Source of the DNA: Escherichia coli
GTDB lineage: Bacteria > Pseudomonadota > Gammaproteobacteria > Enterobacterales > Enterobacteriaceae
Assembly (NCBI RefSeq): GCF_030013595.1
Contig: NZ_CP122768.1
Reading direction: 5' to 3' (one strand)
DNA length: 64,000 nt
In this document: positions 1 to 15,366 of the stretch, in pieces
Position numbering within the stretch: the first letter of the stretch is position 1
How the letters are laid out: each line of letters opens with the position of its first letter
Notes under the pieces: model-generated
The model's input: only the letters and a program-made list of their open reading frames with translations
What the model was told of the DNA's origin: nothing
The model's database searches: none
Position numbers and translations under genes: made by a program

Positions 1-1538
<1,538 letters not shown>

Positions 1539-1866
1539 TACTTACGCGCAGAAATCATTCTGCGGGTATTAAGTTACTTTCTTATAAATTAATACAGATT
1601 AATCCTGGTTATTTGCTTTATTTATCACCAGTCATCCGGTATAGTTCTTCATAATCTCTGCAAAATCATCGTGTTGTAATATTCCCTCATCACTCTCCAT
1701 CAAATTTTCTTTTTTCTCCATAATTGGCGCAAAAGTGTTTTTTACACTTTCATTGTTTTACTGTTGCTCTGATTAATTGACGCTAAAGTCAGTAAAGTTA
1801 ATCTCGTCAACACGGCACGCTACTTAAGAAAGCCGTAATAAATAACTGAAAGGAAGGATATAGAAT

Positions 1867-2352
1867 ATGCGTAAATTAACTGCACTGTTTGTTGCCTCTA
1901 CCCTGGCTCTTGGCGCGGCTAACCTGGCCCATGCCGCAGACACCACTACCGCAGCACCGGCTGACGCGAAGCCGATGATGCACCACAAAGGCAAGTTCGG
2001 TCCGCATCAGGACATGATGTTCAAAGACCTGAACCTGACCGACGCGCAGAAACAGCAGATCCGCGAAATCATGAAAGGCCAGCGTGACCAGATGAAACGT
2101 CCGCCGCTGGAAGAACGCCGCGCAATGCATGACATCATTGCCAGCGATACCTTCGATAAAGCAAAAGCTGAAGCGCAGATCGCAAAAATGGAAGAACAGC
2201 GCAAAGCTAACATGCTGGCGCACATGGAAACCCAGAACAAGATTTACAACATCCTGACGCCGGAACAGAAAAAGCAATTTAATGCTAATTTTGAGAAGCG
2301 TCTGACAGAACGTCCAGCGGCAAAAGGTAAAATGCCTGCAACTGCTGAATAA
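1867..2352 (+). CDS. spy: periplasmic ATP-independent chaperone Spy
   Basis: 161-aa ORF with signal peptide (MRKLTALFVASTLALGAANLAHA) and recognised Spy sequence; GGAAGGA Shine-Dalgarno upstream. Confidence 0.95.
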   Translation: MRKLTALFVASTLALGAANLAHAADTTTAAPADAKPMMHHKGKFGPHQDMMFKDLNLTDAQKQQIREIMKGQRDQMKRPPLEERRAMHDIIASDTFDKAKAEAQIAKMEEQRKANMLAHMETQNKIYNILTPEQKKQFNANFEKRLTERPAAKGKMPATAE

Positions 2353-2374
2353 TCTTTCAGCCAAAAAACTTAAG

Positions 2375-2438
2375 ACCGCCGGTCTTGTCCACTACCTTGC
2401 AGTAATGCGGTGGACAGGATCGGCGGTTTTCTTTTTTG
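2375..2438 (+). terminator. intrinsic terminator downstream of spy (extended hairpin plus T-run)
   Basis: accgccggtc ... gtccac / gtggac ... cggcggt inverted repeats followed by ttttcttttttg. Confidence 0.55.
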
Positions 2439-2476
2439 TTCTCAAACAGATGCAAAAAAAGCCTGATCGCCACTAA

Positions 2477-3977
<1,501 letters not shown>

Positions 3978-4059
3978 TGTTGACTCCGAATGCTGGTTAT
4001 CTATCCAGTGTAACAGGCGGGGAGCGATTAAAAAAGAGGCGGGTTGATGACAAAGGTTA

Positions 4060-4170
4060 CACCGTCTGACGTGCTACGCCTGTCAGGCCTATTCGACTCC
4101 TGCAATATATTGAATTTGCATAGTTTTGTGGGGCGAATAAGGCGTTCACGCCGCATCCGGCGTGAACAAA
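4060..4170. repeat. REP/BIME-type palindromic repeat cluster in the cho–nadE spacer
   Basis: gcctgtcaggcc and ggcgttcacgccgcatccggcgtgaac palindromes typical of REP units; the overlapping 64-aa ORF is spurious. Confidence 0.5.
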
Positions 4171-4206
4171 GTACTCTTTTTCGCACAAACCAATATGTGC
4201 AAATTA

Positions 4207-5034
4207 TTACTTTTTCCAGAAATCATCGAAAACGGTAATTGGCGGACGGCGTTTATGTTCGGTTTTCAGATACCAGTTCTCTATTGTTCTGGCGACCTGT
4301 TCAGGTAGGTTTTTCCCTTCCAGATAGTCGTCAATATTGTCATAGGTCACGCCGAGTGCCACTTCATCTGGCAGAGAAGGGCGATCATCTTCCAGATCGG
4401 CCGTTGGGGCTTTCTTATAAAGGTGTTTCGGGCAACCTAATGCCGCCAGTAACTGTTTACCCTGGCGTTTGTTGAGACGATACAGCGGATTAATGTCCGT
4501 ACCGCCGTCACCATATTTAGTGAAGAATCCGGTAATGGCTTCTGCTGCATGATCGGTGCCCACCACGACACCGCTGGTCATACCCGCAATGCTATATTGT
4601 GCTTTCATCCGCTCACGCGCTTTTTCATTGCCACGGACAAAATCGCTCAGTTCAATGCCTGCTTCCCGCAATGCCTGCTCGCTGGCCAATACCGCGCCCT
4701 TGATATTAACGGTTAATACGCGATCCGGTTGAATAAAGGCAATGGCATCCTGGCAATCTTGTTCGTCGGCCTGAACACCATAGGGCAGGCGTACGGCAAT
4801 AAATTGCAGCGATTCGTTGCCGGTTTCCTGGCGCAGCTCATTAATCGCCATCTGGCACAGCTTTCCGGCAAGCGTGGAGTCCTGACCGCCGCTGATCCCG
4901 AGCACCAGTGATTTAATGAACGGATAAGTTTGCAGGTAGCTTTTCAGAAAATCGACACTACGACGAATTTCCTCTTCAGCATTAATCTGCGGTTTTGCGC
5001 CCAGCGCCTTTATTATTTGTTGTTGCAATGTCAT
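4207..5034 (-). CDS. nadE: NH3-dependent NAD+ synthetase
   Basis: 275-aa ORF with the PP-loop motif SGGQDS; recognised NadE. Confidence 0.95.
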   Translation of the reverse strand: MTLQQQIIKALGAKPQINAEEEIRRSVDFLKSYLQTYPFIKSLVLGISGGQDSTLAGKLCQMAINELRQETGNESLQFIAVRLPYGVQADEQDCQDAIAFIQPDRVLTVNIKGAVLASEQALREAGIELSDFVRGNEKARERMKAQYSIAGMTSGVVVGTDHAAEAITGFFTKYGDGGTDINPLYRLNKRQGKQLLAALGCPKHLYKKAPTADLEDDRPSLPDEVALGVTYDNIDDYLEGKNLPEQVARTIENWYLKTEHKRRPPITVFDDFWKK

Positions 5035-5235
5035 TGAACCCCTCCAGACAGAAAAGACAAAACTTCCTTAAAGCTAACCCGTTGCTACTGAAACGACAAG
5101 CGACAGCGGGTTGAATGGTGGTTAAAACGTCATACAGGAATCCTCTGAAAGCGGAGCCGTTTCGTTCACGGGCTTGAAAAAGCGCCCAATGTATTCCAGG
5201 CTTATCTAACACGCTGATAAACAAGAGGACGGAAT

Positions 5236-5574
5236 ATGAACAAGAATATGGCAGGAATTCTGAGTGCAGCGGCGGTATTAACCATGCTGGCGGGTTGTAC
5301 GGCTTATGATCGTACCAAAGACCAGTTTGTACAGCCTGTGGTGAAAGACGTCAAAAAAGGCATGAGCCGGGCGCAGGTTGCACAAATTGCGGGTAAACCT
5401 TCGTCTGAAGTGAGCATGATCCATGCTCGTGGTACTTGCCAGACCTACATCCTGGGTCAACGTGATGGTAAAGCAGAAACCTACTTTGTCGCGTTAGATG
5501 ATACCGGACATGTCATCAACTCCGGTTATCAGACCTGTGCTGAATACGACACTGATCCACAGGCTGCGAAGTAA
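5236..5574 (+). CDS. osmE: osmotically inducible lipoprotein OsmE
   Basis: 112-aa ORF with lipoprotein signal (…LTMLAGC); recognised OsmE. Confidence 0.9.
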
Positions 5575-5603
5575 TCACTTCGCCTGAAAGCTTGAGTTAC
5601 AAC

Positions 5604-5632
5604 GGAAACCGGCCATTGCGCCGGTTTTTTTT
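5604..5632 (+). terminator. intrinsic terminator after osmE
   Basis: aaaccggccattgcgccggtttttttt hairpin plus T-run. Confidence 0.6.
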
Positions 5633-5872
5633 GGCCTGAGTTCTTAATTATCTTCGCGAATTATTTGCCCGAAATGTGAAGAGGGTCATAACCGCAGGTC
5701 AAGGAGAGACAATTTATAAGGTCAAAGAAATACTATTGCTCAGGTCTATACCGTATACTCCTTTCAGCCACAAAAAAAGTCATGTTGGTTTCGCAAGTTA
5801 CCCAGAGCATGGAAGCAGGTTAAGGCTTGCGGAGTGTCTGGCTGACAGATAATCGTCGATGAGGGCAGTTTT

Positions 5873-6193
5873 ATGGAAAAGAAACACATTTATCTGTTTT
5901 GTTCTGCGGGCATGTCTACCTCTTTACTGGTATCAAAAATGCGCGCACAGGCAGAAAAATATGAAGTTCCGGTCATTATTGAAGCATTTCCGGAAACACT
6001 GGCTGGTGAAAAAGGTCAGAATGCCGATGTCGTGTTATTAGGGCCGCAGATTGCTTATATGTTGCCCGAAATCCAGCGTTTGTTACCCAACAAACCGGTT
6101 GAAGTAATTGACTCGCTGCTTTATGGCAAAGTCGATGGTTTAGGCGTGCTTAAGGCTGCGGTTGCAGCGATTAAAAAAGCCGCAGCAAATTAA
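5873..6193 (+). CDS. chbB: PTS chitobiose-specific EIIB
   Basis: 106-aa ORF; recognised ChbB with active-site Cys context ([10 protein letters not shown]). Confidence 0.9.
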   Translation: MEKKHIYLFCSAGMSTSLLVSKMRAQAEKYEVPVIIEAFPETLAGEKGQNADVVLLGPQIAYMLPEIQRLLPNKPVEVIDSLLYGKVDGLGVLKAAVAAIKKAAAN

Positions 6194-6277
6194 TTTATTT
6201 TAAATTTTCCCGTCAAAGAGTTATTTCATAAATCAATACCGTAATATTTAAATTGCGGTTTTTAAGGGTATTTTTCT

Positions 6278-7636
6278 ATGAGTAATGTTATTGCATCGCT
6301 TGAAAAGGTACTCCTCCCTTTTGCAGTTAAAATAGGAAAGCAGCCACACGTTAATGCAATCAAAAATGGCTTTATTCGCTTAATGCCGTTAACCCTTGCG
6401 GGGGCCATGTTTGTATTAATTAACAACGTTTTTCTAAGCTTTGGGGAGGGGTCGTTTTTTTATTCCTTAGGTATTCGCCTGGATGCCTCAACCATTGAAA
6501 CACTTAATGGTCTGAAAGGTATTGGCGGCAACGTATATAACGGAACATTAGGGATAATGTCTTTAATGGCACCGTTCTTTATTGGCATGGCGCTGGCAGA
6601 AGAGCGTAAAGTCGATGCGCTGGCGGCTGGGTTGTTATCCGTTGCAGCATTTATGACCGTCACCCCATACAGTGTCGGTGAGGCCTATGCGGTTGGCGCA
6701 AACTGGTTAGGTGGGGCGAATATCATCTCCGGGATTATTATTGGCCTGGTGGTGGCAGAAATGTTTACCTTTATTGTCCGCCGCAATTGGGTCATTAAAT
6801 TGCCCGATAGCGTACCTGCTTCAGTATCGCGTTCCTTCTCGGCTTTAATTCCCGGCTTTATTATTCTTTCCGTGATGGGGATTATTGCCTGGGCGTTGAA
6901 TACCTGGGGCACCAACTTCCATCAGATCATTATGGATACCATCTCAACCCCACTGGCATCGTTGGGTAGCGTGGTGGGCTGGGCCTATGTGATCTTTGTT
7001 CCACTGCTCTGGTTCTTCGGTATTCATGGTGTGCTGGCGCTGACCGCACTGGACAACGGCATTATGACGCCTTGGGCGCTGGAAAATATCGCGACCTATC
7101 AGCAATATGGTTCCGTCGAAGCGGCGCTGGCAGCCGGTAAGACCTTCCATATCTGGGCCAAGCCGATGCTGGACTCCTTTATTTTCCTTGGGGGCAGTGG
7201 TGCGACTTTGGGTCTGATCCTGGCTATCTTTATCGCTTCTCGCCGTGCTGATTATCGTCAGGTGGCAAAACTGGCGCTGCCGTCCGGCATCTTCCAGATT
7301 AACGAACCGATTCTGTTTGGTCTGCCAATTATCATGAACCCGGTGATGTTTATTCCGTTTGTACTGGTACAACCGATTCTGGCGGCAATCACCCTCGCAG
7401 CGTACTACATGGGCATTATTCCTCCGGTGACCAATATTGCACCGTGGACCATGCCAACCGGTCTGGGAGCCTTCTTTAACACCAACGGTAGCGTCGCCGC
7501 ATTGCTGGTCGCACTCTTCAACCTTGGTATCGCAACGTTAATTTATCTGCCCTTTGTTGTGGTCGCTAACAAAGCACAAAACGCGATTGATAAAGAAGAG
7601 AGCGAAGAAGATATCGCTAACGCCCTGAAATTTTAA
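6278..7636 (+). CDS. chbC: PTS chitobiose-specific EIIC permease
   Basis: 452-aa polytopic membrane ORF; recognised ChbC. Confidence 0.9.
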   Translation: MSNVIASLEKVLLPFAVKIGKQPHVNAIKNGFIRLMPLTLAGAMFVLINNVFLSFGEGSFFYSLGIRLDASTIETLNGLKGIGGNVYNGTLGIMSLMAPFFIGMALAEERKVDALAAGLLSVAAFMTVTPYSVGEAYAVGANWLGGANIISGIIIGLVVAEMFTFIVRRNWVIKLPDSVPASVSRSFSALIPGFIILSVMGIIAWALNTWGTNFHQIIMDTISTPLASLGSVVGWAYVIFVPLLWFFGIHGVLALTALDNGIMTPWALENIATYQQYGSVEAALAAGKTFHIWAKPMLDSFIFLGGSGATLGLILAIFIASRRADYRQVAKLALPSGIFQINEPILFGLPIIMNPVMFIPFVLVQPILAAITLAAYYMGIIPPVTNIAPWTMPTGLGAFFNTNGSVAALLVALFNLGIATLIYLPFVVVANKAQNAIDKEESEEDIANALKF

Positions 7637-7686
7637 TCGATGCCGGTACGGGTAATCGTGCCGGTAAGAAAAGAGAGGAACGATGT

Positions 7687-8037
7687 ATGATGGATCTCGA
7701 TAACATTCCCGATACGCAAACAGAAGCTGAAGAGCTGGAAGAAGTGGTGATGGGACTTATCATCAACTCCGGACAAGCGCGCAGCCTGGCGTATGCGGCA
7801 CTGAAACAGGCGAAGCAGGGCGATTTTGCCGCAGCAAAAGCGATGATGGATCAGTCACGGATGGCATTGAATGAAGCGCATCTGGTACAGACGAAACTGA
7901 TTGAAGGCGATGCGGGCGAAGGTAAGATGAAAGTGAGTCTGGTGCTGGTCCACGCTCAGGATCATTTAATGACGTCCATGCTTGCGCGTGAACTGATTAC
8001 AGAATTAATTGAGCTTCATGAAAAACTGAAGGCATAA
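7687..8037 (+). CDS. chbA: PTS chitobiose-specific EIIA
   Basis: 116-aa ORF; recognised ChbA. Confidence 0.9.
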   Translation: MMDLDNIPDTQTEAEELEEVVMGLIINSGQARSLAYAALKQAKQGDFAAAKAMMDQSRMALNEAHLVQTKLIEGDAGEGKMKVSLVLVHAQDHLMTSMLARELITELIELHEKLKA

Positions 8038-8044
8038 GGAGTCG

Positions 8045-8887
8045 ATGATGCAGCCAGTGATTAACGCGCCGGAAATTGCCACTGCCCGAGAACAGCAGTT
8101 GTTTAATGGCAAAAATTTCCATGTGTTTATCTATAACAAAACTGAGAGTATCAGCGGACTGCATCAGCACGACTATTATGAATTTACTCTGGTATTAACC
8201 GGGCGTTATTTCCAGGAGATTAACGGTAAGCGCGTGTTACTGGAACGGGGCGATTTTGTTTTTATTCCGTTAGGTTCGCACCATCAAAGTTTTTATGAGT
8301 TTGGTGCCACGCGCATATTGAACGTTGGGATCAGTAAACGCTTTTTTGAGCAGCATTACCTGCCGTTGTTGCCTTATTGCTTTGTCGCTTCACAGGTATA
8401 CCGGACCAATAACGCTTTTCTCACCTATGTGGAAACAGTGATTTCTTCATTGAATTTCCGCGAAACAGGGCTGGAAGAGTTTGTTGAGATGGTTACTTTT
8501 TATGTCATTAACCGTTTACGTCATTACCGCGAAGAACAGGTGATTGATGATGTACCGCAGTGGCTGAAAAGTACGGTAGAAAAGATGCATGATAAAGAGC
8601 AGTTTAGTGAATCGGCGCTGGAGAATATGGTGACGTTGTCAGCCAAATCACAGGAATATTTGACGCGGGCGACTCAACGATATTATGGCAAAACGCCAAT
8701 GCAGATTATTAATGAAATCCGTATTAATTTTGCCAAAAAACAACTGGAAATGACCAACTATTCAGTGACGGATATTGCGTTTGAGGCCGGTTATAGTAGC
8801 CCGAGTTTGTTTATTAAAACGTTTAAGAAATTAACGTCCTTTACGCCTAAGAGCTATCGTAAGAAATTGACTGAATTTAATCAGTAA
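8045..8887 (+). CDS. chbR: AraC-family dual regulator of the chb operon
   Basis: 280-aa ORF with C-terminal AraC-type HTH; recognised ChbR. Confidence 0.9.
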   Translation: MMQPVINAPEIATAREQQLFNGKNFHVFIYNKTESISGLHQHDYYEFTLVLTGRYFQEINGKRVLLERGDFVFIPLGSHHQSFYEFGATRILNVGISKRFFEQHYLPLLPYCFVASQVYRTNNAFLTYVETVISSLNFRETGLEEFVEMVTFYVINRLRHYREEQVIDDVPQWLKSTVEKMHDKEQFSESALENMVTLSAKSQEYLTRATQRYYGKTPMQIINEIRINFAKKQLEMTNYSVTDIAFEAGYSSPSLFIKTFKKLTSFTPKSYRKKLTEFNQ

Positions 8888-8990
8888 GTCGTTATACCTG
8901 ACAATTCACATATCTGTCCTGTTGCTGGATTATTTATGTCCGGGGGGCAGATATGCCAGATATCAGTATTCTGTACTGAAGGGAGAAATT

Positions 8991-10343
8991 ATGAGCCAGA
9001 AATTAAAAGTCGTCACTATTGGTGGCGGGAGCAGCTATACCCCGGAGTTACTGGAAGGATTTATTAAGCGTTATCACGAATTGCCGGTCAGCGAATTATG
9101 GCTGGTGGATGTCGAAGGTGGCAAAGCTAAACTGGATATTATTTTCGATCTCTGCCAACGGATGATTGATAACGCTGGCGTCCCGATGAAGCTTTATAAA
9201 ACGCTGGATCGCCGCGAAGCATTGAAAGATGCTGATTTCGTTACTACCCAACTGCGCGTAGGCCAATTACCGGCGCGCGAACTGGATGAACGTATTCCAT
9301 TAAGTCATGGTTATCTTGGTCAGGAAACCAACGGCGCGGGCGGTCTGTTTAAAGGTCTGCGTACCATTCCGGTGATTTTTGACATCGTAAAAGATGTCGA
9401 AGAACTTTGTCCGAATGCATGGGTGATTAACTTCACTAACCCGGCGGGAATGGTCACTGAAGCCGTTTATCGTCATACCGGATTTAAACGCTTTATCGGC
9501 GTGTGTAATATTCCGATCGGCATGAAGATGTTTATTCGCGATGTTCTGATGCTGAAAGACAGCGATGATTTATCTATCGATCTGTTCGGCCTCAACCATA
9601 TGGTGTTCATTAAGGATTTGCTGGTAAATGGCAAATCTCGCTTTGCCGAATTACTTGATGGTGTGGCATCCGGGCAGTTAAAAGCATCTGGCGTTAAAAA
9701 TATTTTCGATCTGCCATTTAGCGAAGGCTTAATTCGTTCTCTGAATCTGTTGCCGTGTTCTTATTTGCTTTATTACTTCAAGCAAAAAGAGATGCTGGCT
9801 ATTGAAATGGGCGAATACTACAAAGGCGGCGCACGAGCACAGGTAGTACAGAAAGTCGAGAAACAACTTTTTGAGCTGTATAAAAACCCGGAGTTGAAAG
9901 TTAAGCCGAAAGAACTGGAACAGCGCGGTGGGGCTTATTACTCTGATGCAGCGTGCGAAGTGATCAACGCTATCTACAACGACAAGCAAGCTGAACATTA
10001 CGTTAATATCCCGCATCATGGGCATATTGATAATATTCCGGCAGACTGGGCGGTAGAAATGACCTGTAAACTGGGGCGCGATGGCGCGACGCCACATCCG
10101 CGCATTACGCATTTCGATGATAAAGTGATGGGGCTGATTCACACCATTAAAGGCTTCGAGATTGCTGCCAGCAACGCCGCACTTAGCGGAGAATTTAACG
10201 ATGTGTTACTGGCGCTAAACCTTAGTCCGTTGGTGCATTCCGATCGCGATGCTGAGCTGCTGGCACGCGAGATGATTCTGGCGCACGAGAAATGGCTGCC
10301 AAATTTTGCCGACTGCATCGCAGAGCTTAAAAAAGCACATTAA
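8991..10343 (+). CDS. chbF: 6-phospho-beta-glucosidase (GH4, NAD/Mn-dependent)
   Basis: ORF 8922..10343; recognised ChbF starts at the internal MSQKLKVVTIGGGSSYTPEL (450 aa). Confidence 0.9.
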   Translation: MSQKLKVVTIGGGSSYTPELLEGFIKRYHELPVSELWLVDVEGGKAKLDIIFDLCQRMIDNAGVPMKLYKTLDRREALKDADFVTTQLRVGQLPARELDERIPLSHGYLGQETNGAGGLFKGLRTIPVIFDIVKDVEELCPNAWVINFTNPAGMVTEAVYRHTGFKRFIGVCNIPIGMKMFIRDVLMLKDSDDLSIDLFGLNHMVFIKDLLVNGKSRFAELLDGVASGQLKASGVKNIFDLPFSEGLIRSLNLLPCSYLLYYFKQKEMLAIEMGEYYKGGARAQVVQKVEKQLFELYKNPELKVKPKELEQRGGAYYSDAACEVINAIYNDKQAEHYVNIPHHGHIDNIPADWAVEMTCKLGRDGATPHPRITHFDDKVMGLIHTIKGFEIAASNAALSGEFNDVLLALNLSPLVHSDRDAELLAREMILAHEKWLPNFADCIAELKKAH

Positions 10344-11114
<771 letters not shown>

Positions 11115-11124
11115 GTAAGGTGGT

Positions 11125-11152
11125 AAGGTCACTCCCCAGGGGGCGTGACCTT
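11125..11152. terminator. hairpin between convergent chbG and katE, likely bidirectional terminator
   Basis: aaggtcac-tccccagggggc-gtgacctt perfect 8-bp stem between the two stop codons. Confidence 0.5.
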
Positions 11153-11160
11153 ATCCATAT

Positions 11161-13422
11161 TTACGCCGGGATTTTGTCAATCTTAGGAATGCGTGACCAC
11201 ACGCGGTGTGCTGCCATCAGCGTTAACAGTTCATCCATAAAACTACCATCGGCGCTGTCAGCTTCCACAATCCCTTCTTCACCCTGGTCAGCGATCTTGA
11301 TTGTTGCTTTAAACTTGCGCGCGTCTCCTGCCAGCGCAATCGGTTTAAGGTGTTTGTAGGCTTCCATCAGGTAGTAGTTGGCATCGCCGTTGTCAGCGAT
11401 ATCCGCGATATTGCCGCAAGGGACAATAACCGCATCGACCGTCAGCGAAGGCGCTCCGGCAAAGGTAGCGGCTATAGGCAGCACCGTACCGTCATCCGCA
11501 GTCACTTCACCCATTCGGGAGTAGAGCAGTTTGGCATGAACGCCTTTGGCCTTCAGCGCCTTGAGAATGGTCAGAAGGTCTGCCGATCTCACTTCATCAT
11601 TAAGCAAAATCGCTACCACGCGACCTTTTACATCACCGTCAGGAATGGCGTACAGACTTAAGGATGGATCCTTTTTCAGACAGTTGACGTCCGGAGGCGG
11701 GGTGATATTCAGCTGGTCGTCCGTCAGCTCGATACCGAGATTTTTCGCCACCGCCTGGGCCAGAGTGAGATCAATATGCGCCAGCTGGTCAACAACGCGC
11801 TCACGAATATACGGACGAACTACTTTGCTTAACTCAAAACTGAAACCATCGACAATATGGCGCTGCTCGAATGGCGTCTGACTTAGCCAGAACAGACGCG
11901 GATGGGAATAATATTCGCCAAACGATGGGCTGCGCTCGCGAACTTTATTGCCTTCCACGCGCTCCTGGTATGATTCAAAACCGCCGCGTTTCGGCCCCGG
12001 CGGTGTTTCGCGCGGCCAGTTATCGTTGATCGAGTTCGGTTCATAATTCGCCGGGTTAGTGTCGATCCCCATACGATGCATGCCGTCACGCTGGAAATTA
12101 TGGTAAGGGCAGGTCGGGCGGTTAATCGGAATCTCATGGAAATTCGGCCCACCAAGACGACTGATTTGTGTATCGGTATAGGAGAACAAACGTCCCTGCA
12201 ACAGGGGATCGTTGGTGAAGTCCAGACCAGGAACAATATGACCTGGATGGAATGCTGCTTGTTCGTTTTCGGCAAAGAAGTTATCCGGATTGCGATTGAG
12301 CACCATTTTGCCGACACGCTGAACGGGCACCAGTTCTTCCGGGATAAGTTTAGTTGGATCAAGAAGGTCGAAGTCGAACTTAAATTCATCTTCCTCAGGA
12401 ATCAACTGGAAGCCCAGTTCGTATTCCGGAAAATCGCCTGCTTCAATCGCTTCCCACAACTCGCGGCGGTGGAAGTCCGGGTCACGTCCGGTTAGTTTTT
12501 GTGCTTCATCCCAAACGAGTGAGGCTTTACCTGCCAGTGGTTTCCAGTGGAAACGTACGAACGTTGCCTTCCCTTCGGCATTAATCAGGCGGAAGGTGTG
12601 AATACCGAAGCCTTCCATGGTGCGGTAACTGCGCGGGATCCCGCGATCCGACATCGCCCACATCACGTTGTGCAGAGTTTCAGGTTGCAGAGAAACATAA
12701 TCCCAGAAAGTATCGTGGGCGCTTTGCCCTTGTGGAATTGCCCAGTGTGGTTCTGGTTTTACCGCATGAACAAAATCAGGGAATTTATGCGCATCCTGGA
12801 TAAAGAAGATTGGCGTGTTATTGCCAACAAGGTCAAAAATACCCTCTTCGGTATAGAACTTGGTGGCAAAGCCACGGATATCACGCACGGTATCGGCAGA
12901 GCCAGCACCACCCTGAACGGTAGAGAACCTAACAAATACTGGGGTGATTTTGTTCGGATCTGAGAGGAAATCCGCTTTGGTGATATCGCTTAAGCTTTTA
13001 TATGGCTGGAAATAACCGTGAGCGGCTGATCCGCGTGCATGAACAATACGTTCCGGGATGCGCTCATGGTCAAAGTGAGTGATTTTCTCGCGCAGAATAA
13101 AATCTTCCAGCAGCGTTGGACCACGGTTACCGGCACGCAGTGAGTTTTGATCGTCGGCGATGCGTACGCCCTGATTAGTGGTCAGCGCATAATTTTCACT
13201 GCCTTTGCGTACGTCTTCCAGAGAATTAAGTTTTTCGTTACGCGTATCAGGGGCTTTCAGGCTACCTGGGGCGGTAGGTTGTGCACCTGGCGGTGTTGGT
13301 TCAGTCGCTGGACGATGAGATCCGTCCTCAGGTGCCAGTGAGTCCATCCCCGGTTTCGCTTCGCTGGAATCGTGTAGTGGTGACTGGTGCTGATGTGGGT
13401 TCTTTTCGTTATGTTGCGACAT
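11161..13422 (-). CDS. katE: catalase HPII
   Basis: 753-aa ORF; recognised KatE with catalase core motifs. Confidence 0.95.
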   Translation of the reverse strand: MSQHNEKNPHQHQSPLHDSSEAKPGMDSLAPEDGSHRPATEPTPPGAQPTAPGSLKAPDTRNEKLNSLEDVRKGSENYALTTNQGVRIADDQNSLRAGNRGPTLLEDFILREKITHFDHERIPERIVHARGSAAHGYFQPYKSLSDITKADFLSDPNKITPVFVRFSTVQGGAGSADTVRDIRGFATKFYTEEGIFDLVGNNTPIFFIQDAHKFPDFVHAVKPEPHWAIPQGQSAHDTFWDYVSLQPETLHNVMWAMSDRGIPRSYRTMEGFGIHTFRLINAEGKATFVRFHWKPLAGKASLVWDEAQKLTGRDPDFHRRELWEAIEAGDFPEYELGFQLIPEEDEFKFDFDLLDPTKLIPEELVPVQRVGKMVLNRNPDNFFAENEQAAFHPGHIVPGLDFTNDPLLQGRLFSYTDTQISRLGGPNFHEIPINRPTCPYHNFQRDGMHRMGIDTNPANYEPNSINDNWPRETPPGPKRGGFESYQERVEGNKVRERSPSFGEYYSHPRLFWLSQTPFEQRHIVDGFSFELSKVVRPYIRERVVDQLAHIDLTLAQAVAKNLGIELTDDQLNITPPPDVNCLKKDPSLSLYAIPDGDVKGRVVAILLNDEVRSADLLTILKALKAKGVHAKLLYSRMGEVTADDGTVLPIAATFAGAPSLTVDAVIVPCGNIADIADNGDANYYLMEAYKHLKPIALAGDARKFKATIKIADQGEEGIVEADSADGSFMDELLTLMAAHRVWSRIPKIDKIPA

Positions 13423-13625
13423 TGAACTCGTCTCCTTAATTTATTACTGAAAGGGCCGCTGTTTTGGTCAAAAAACCCTCTAACTATAGACCATCAGCCA
13501 GATCCCGCTTCGGAGACTATTCTGGAAACGGTGTTATGAAATACACGCAAAGCGGGACGTATGGGGGCTAGATCGGCTAAACTACAGTTTTTCTGATTTT
13601 TAATATGCGTTTAGTGAAGCCAGTA

Positions 13626-13868
13626 ATGAAGAAACCGCTCCGCCAGCAAAACCGCCAGATTATTAGCTATGTCCCACGCACGGAACCCGCGCCGCCAGAA
13701 CATGCGATAAAGATGGATTCGTTTCGTGATGTCTGGATGCTACGTGGCAAATATGTTGCGTTTGTACTGATGGGAGAGTCATTTCTGCGCTCACCGGCGT
13801 TTACTGTGCCTGAATCCGCCCAGCGTTGGGCAAATCAGATCCGCCAGGAAGGGGAAGTGACTGAGTAA
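13626..13868 (+). CDS. cedA: cell-division modulator CedA
   Basis: ORF 13605..13868; recognised CedA begins at the internal MKKPLRQQNRQ (80 aa). Confidence 0.8.
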   Translation: MKKPLRQQNRQIISYVPRTEPAPPEHAIKMDSFRDVWMLRGKYVAFVLMGESFLRSPAFTVPESAQRWANQIRQEGEVTE

Positions 13869-14028
13869 GGATTACGTACCTCCCGGTTCTGCCGGGAGTT
13901 ACATGGCCTGAAATTCTGTATTTCATTGCTACATTCATTCAAACCACCTGTAACAAAAAGCTGCCTTTGACGATCTATTGCTATAAATAAGTGAACTTTT
14001 TTCTTTAATTGTTTATTTATTTTAAAAT

Positions 14029-14037
14029 GGTTAAGTT
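14029..14037. repeat. left 9-bp target-site duplication of IS10 (GGTTAAGTT)
   Basis: Identical 9-mer directly abuts both IS10 termini. Confidence 0.85.
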
Positions 14038-14082
14038 CTGATGAATCCCCTAATGATTTTGGTAAAAATCATTAAGTTAAGG

Positions 14083-14152
14083 TGGATACACATCTTGTCA
14101 TATGATCAAATGGTTTCGCGAAAAATCAATAATCAGACAACAAGATGTGCGA
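14083..14152 (-). ncRNA. IS10 RNA-OUT antisense RNA (position inferred from the known IS10 map)
   Basis: In IS10, pOUT lies just inside the outside end and transcribes outward across the transposase translation start; coordinates derived from the element map, not from a read-off of promoter motifs. Confidence 0.4.
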
Positions 14153-15353
14153 ACTCGATATTTTACACGACTCTCTTTACCAATTCTGCCCCGAATTACA
14201 CTTAAAACGACTCAACAGCTTAACGTTGGCTTGCCACGCATTACTTGACTGTAAAACTCTCACTCTTACCGAACTTGGCCGTAACCTGCCAACCAAAGCG
14301 AGAACAAAACATAACATCAAACGAATCGACCGATTGTTAGGTAATCGTCACCTCCACAAAGAGCGACTCGCTGTATACCGTTGGCATGCTAGCTTTATCT
14401 GTTCGGGCAATACGATGCCCATTGTACTTGTTGACTGGTCTGATATTCGTGAGCAAAAACGACTTATGGTATTGCGAGCTTCAGTCGCACTACACGGTCG
14501 TTCTGTTACTCTTTATGAGAAAGCGTTCCCGCTTTCAGAGCAATGTTCAAAGAAAGCTCATGACCAATTTCTAGCCGACCTTGCGAGCATTCTACCGAGT
14601 AACACCACACCGCTCATTGTCAGTGATGCTGGCTTTAAAGTGCCATGGTATAAATCCGTTGAGAAGCTGGGTTGGTACTGGTTAAGTCGAGTAAGAGGAA
14701 AAGTACAATATGCAGACCTAGGAGCGGAAAACTGGAAACCTATCAGCAACTTACATGATATGTCATCTAGTCACTCAAAGACTTTAGGCTATAAGAGGCT
14801 GACTAAAAGCAATCCAATCTCATGCCAAATTCTATTGTATAAATCTCGCTCTAAAGGCCGAAAAAATCAGCGCTCGACACGGACTCATTGTCACCACCCG
14901 TCACCTAAAATCTACTCAGCGTCGGCAAAGGAGCCATGGGTTCTAGCAACTAACTTACCTGTTGAAATTCGAACACCCAAACAACTTGTTAATATCTATT
15001 CGAAGCGAATGCAGATTGAAGAAACCTTCCGAGACTTGAAAAGTCCTGCCTACGGACTAGGCCTACGCCATAGCCGAACGAGCAGCTCAGAGCGTTTTGA
15101 TATCATGCTGCTAATCGCCCTGATGCTTCAACTAACATGTTGGCTTGCGGGCGTTCATGCTCAGAAACAAGGTTGGGACAAGCACTTCCAGGCTAACACA
15201 GTCAGAAATCGAAACGTACTCTCAACAGTTCGCTTAGGCATGGAAGTTTTGCGGCATTCTGGCTACACAATAACAAGGGAAGACTTACTCGTGGCTGCAA
15301 CCCTACTAGCTCAAAATTTATTCACACATGGTTACGCTTTGGGGAAATTATGA
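14145..15353 (+). CDS. IS10 transposase
   Basis: 402-aa ORF MCELDILHDSLYQFCPELHLKRLNSL… recognised as the Tn10/IS10 transposase; ATG at element nt 108. Confidence 0.95.
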   Translation: MCELDILHDSLYQFCPELHLKRLNSLTLACHALLDCKTLTLTELGRNLPTKARTKHNIKRIDRLLGNRHLHKERLAVYRWHASFICSGNTMPIVLVDWSDIREQKRLMVLRASVALHGRSVTLYEKAFPLSEQCSKKAHDQFLADLASILPSNTTPLIVSDAGFKVPWYKSVEKLGWYWLSRVRGKVQYADLGAENWKPISNLHDMSSSHSKTLGYKRLTKSNPISCQILLYKSRSKGRKNQRSTRTHCHHPSPKIYSASAKEPWVLATNLPVEIRTPKQLVNIYSKRMQIEETFRDLKSPAYGLGLRHSRTSSSERFDIMLLIALMLQLTCWLAGVHAQKQGWDKHFQANTVRNRNVLSTVRLGMEVLRHSGYTITREDLLVAATLLAQNLFTHGYALGKL

Positions 15354-15366
15354 GGGGATCTCTCAG

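Larger units (their letters stand above)
14038..15366 (+). mobile_element. insertion sequence IS10 (IS4 family), complete 1,329-bp copy
   Basis: Outside end CTGATGAATCCCCTAATGATTTTGGTAAAAATCATTAAG at 14038; inside end GGGGAAATTATGAGGGGATCTCTCAG ending at 15366; encloses the 402-aa transposase; flanked by 9-bp direct repeats. Confidence 0.95.

Noticed and set aside
1876-2364. 162-aa ORF antisense to spy
   Set aside because: Completely overlaps the well-supported spy gene on the opposite strand; a shadow ORF with no sequence features of a real protein.
4044-4238. 64-aa ORF in the cho–nadE spacer
   Set aside because: Lies on REP palindromes (gcctgtcaggcc, cgccgcatccggcg); Arg-rich nonsense translation typical of reading through REP elements.
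11883-12495. 168-aa and 139-aa ORFs inside katE
   Set aside because: Overlap the katE coding region in other frames or on the other strand; katE itself is continuous and recognisable.
14038-15366. Possibility that the IS10 is one arm of a composite Tn10 (tetracycline resistance)
   Set aside because: No tetA/tetR-like ORFs and no second IS10 copy in the window; flanks are contiguous native cedA–ydjO sequence with a 9-bp duplication, so it is a solo insertion here.
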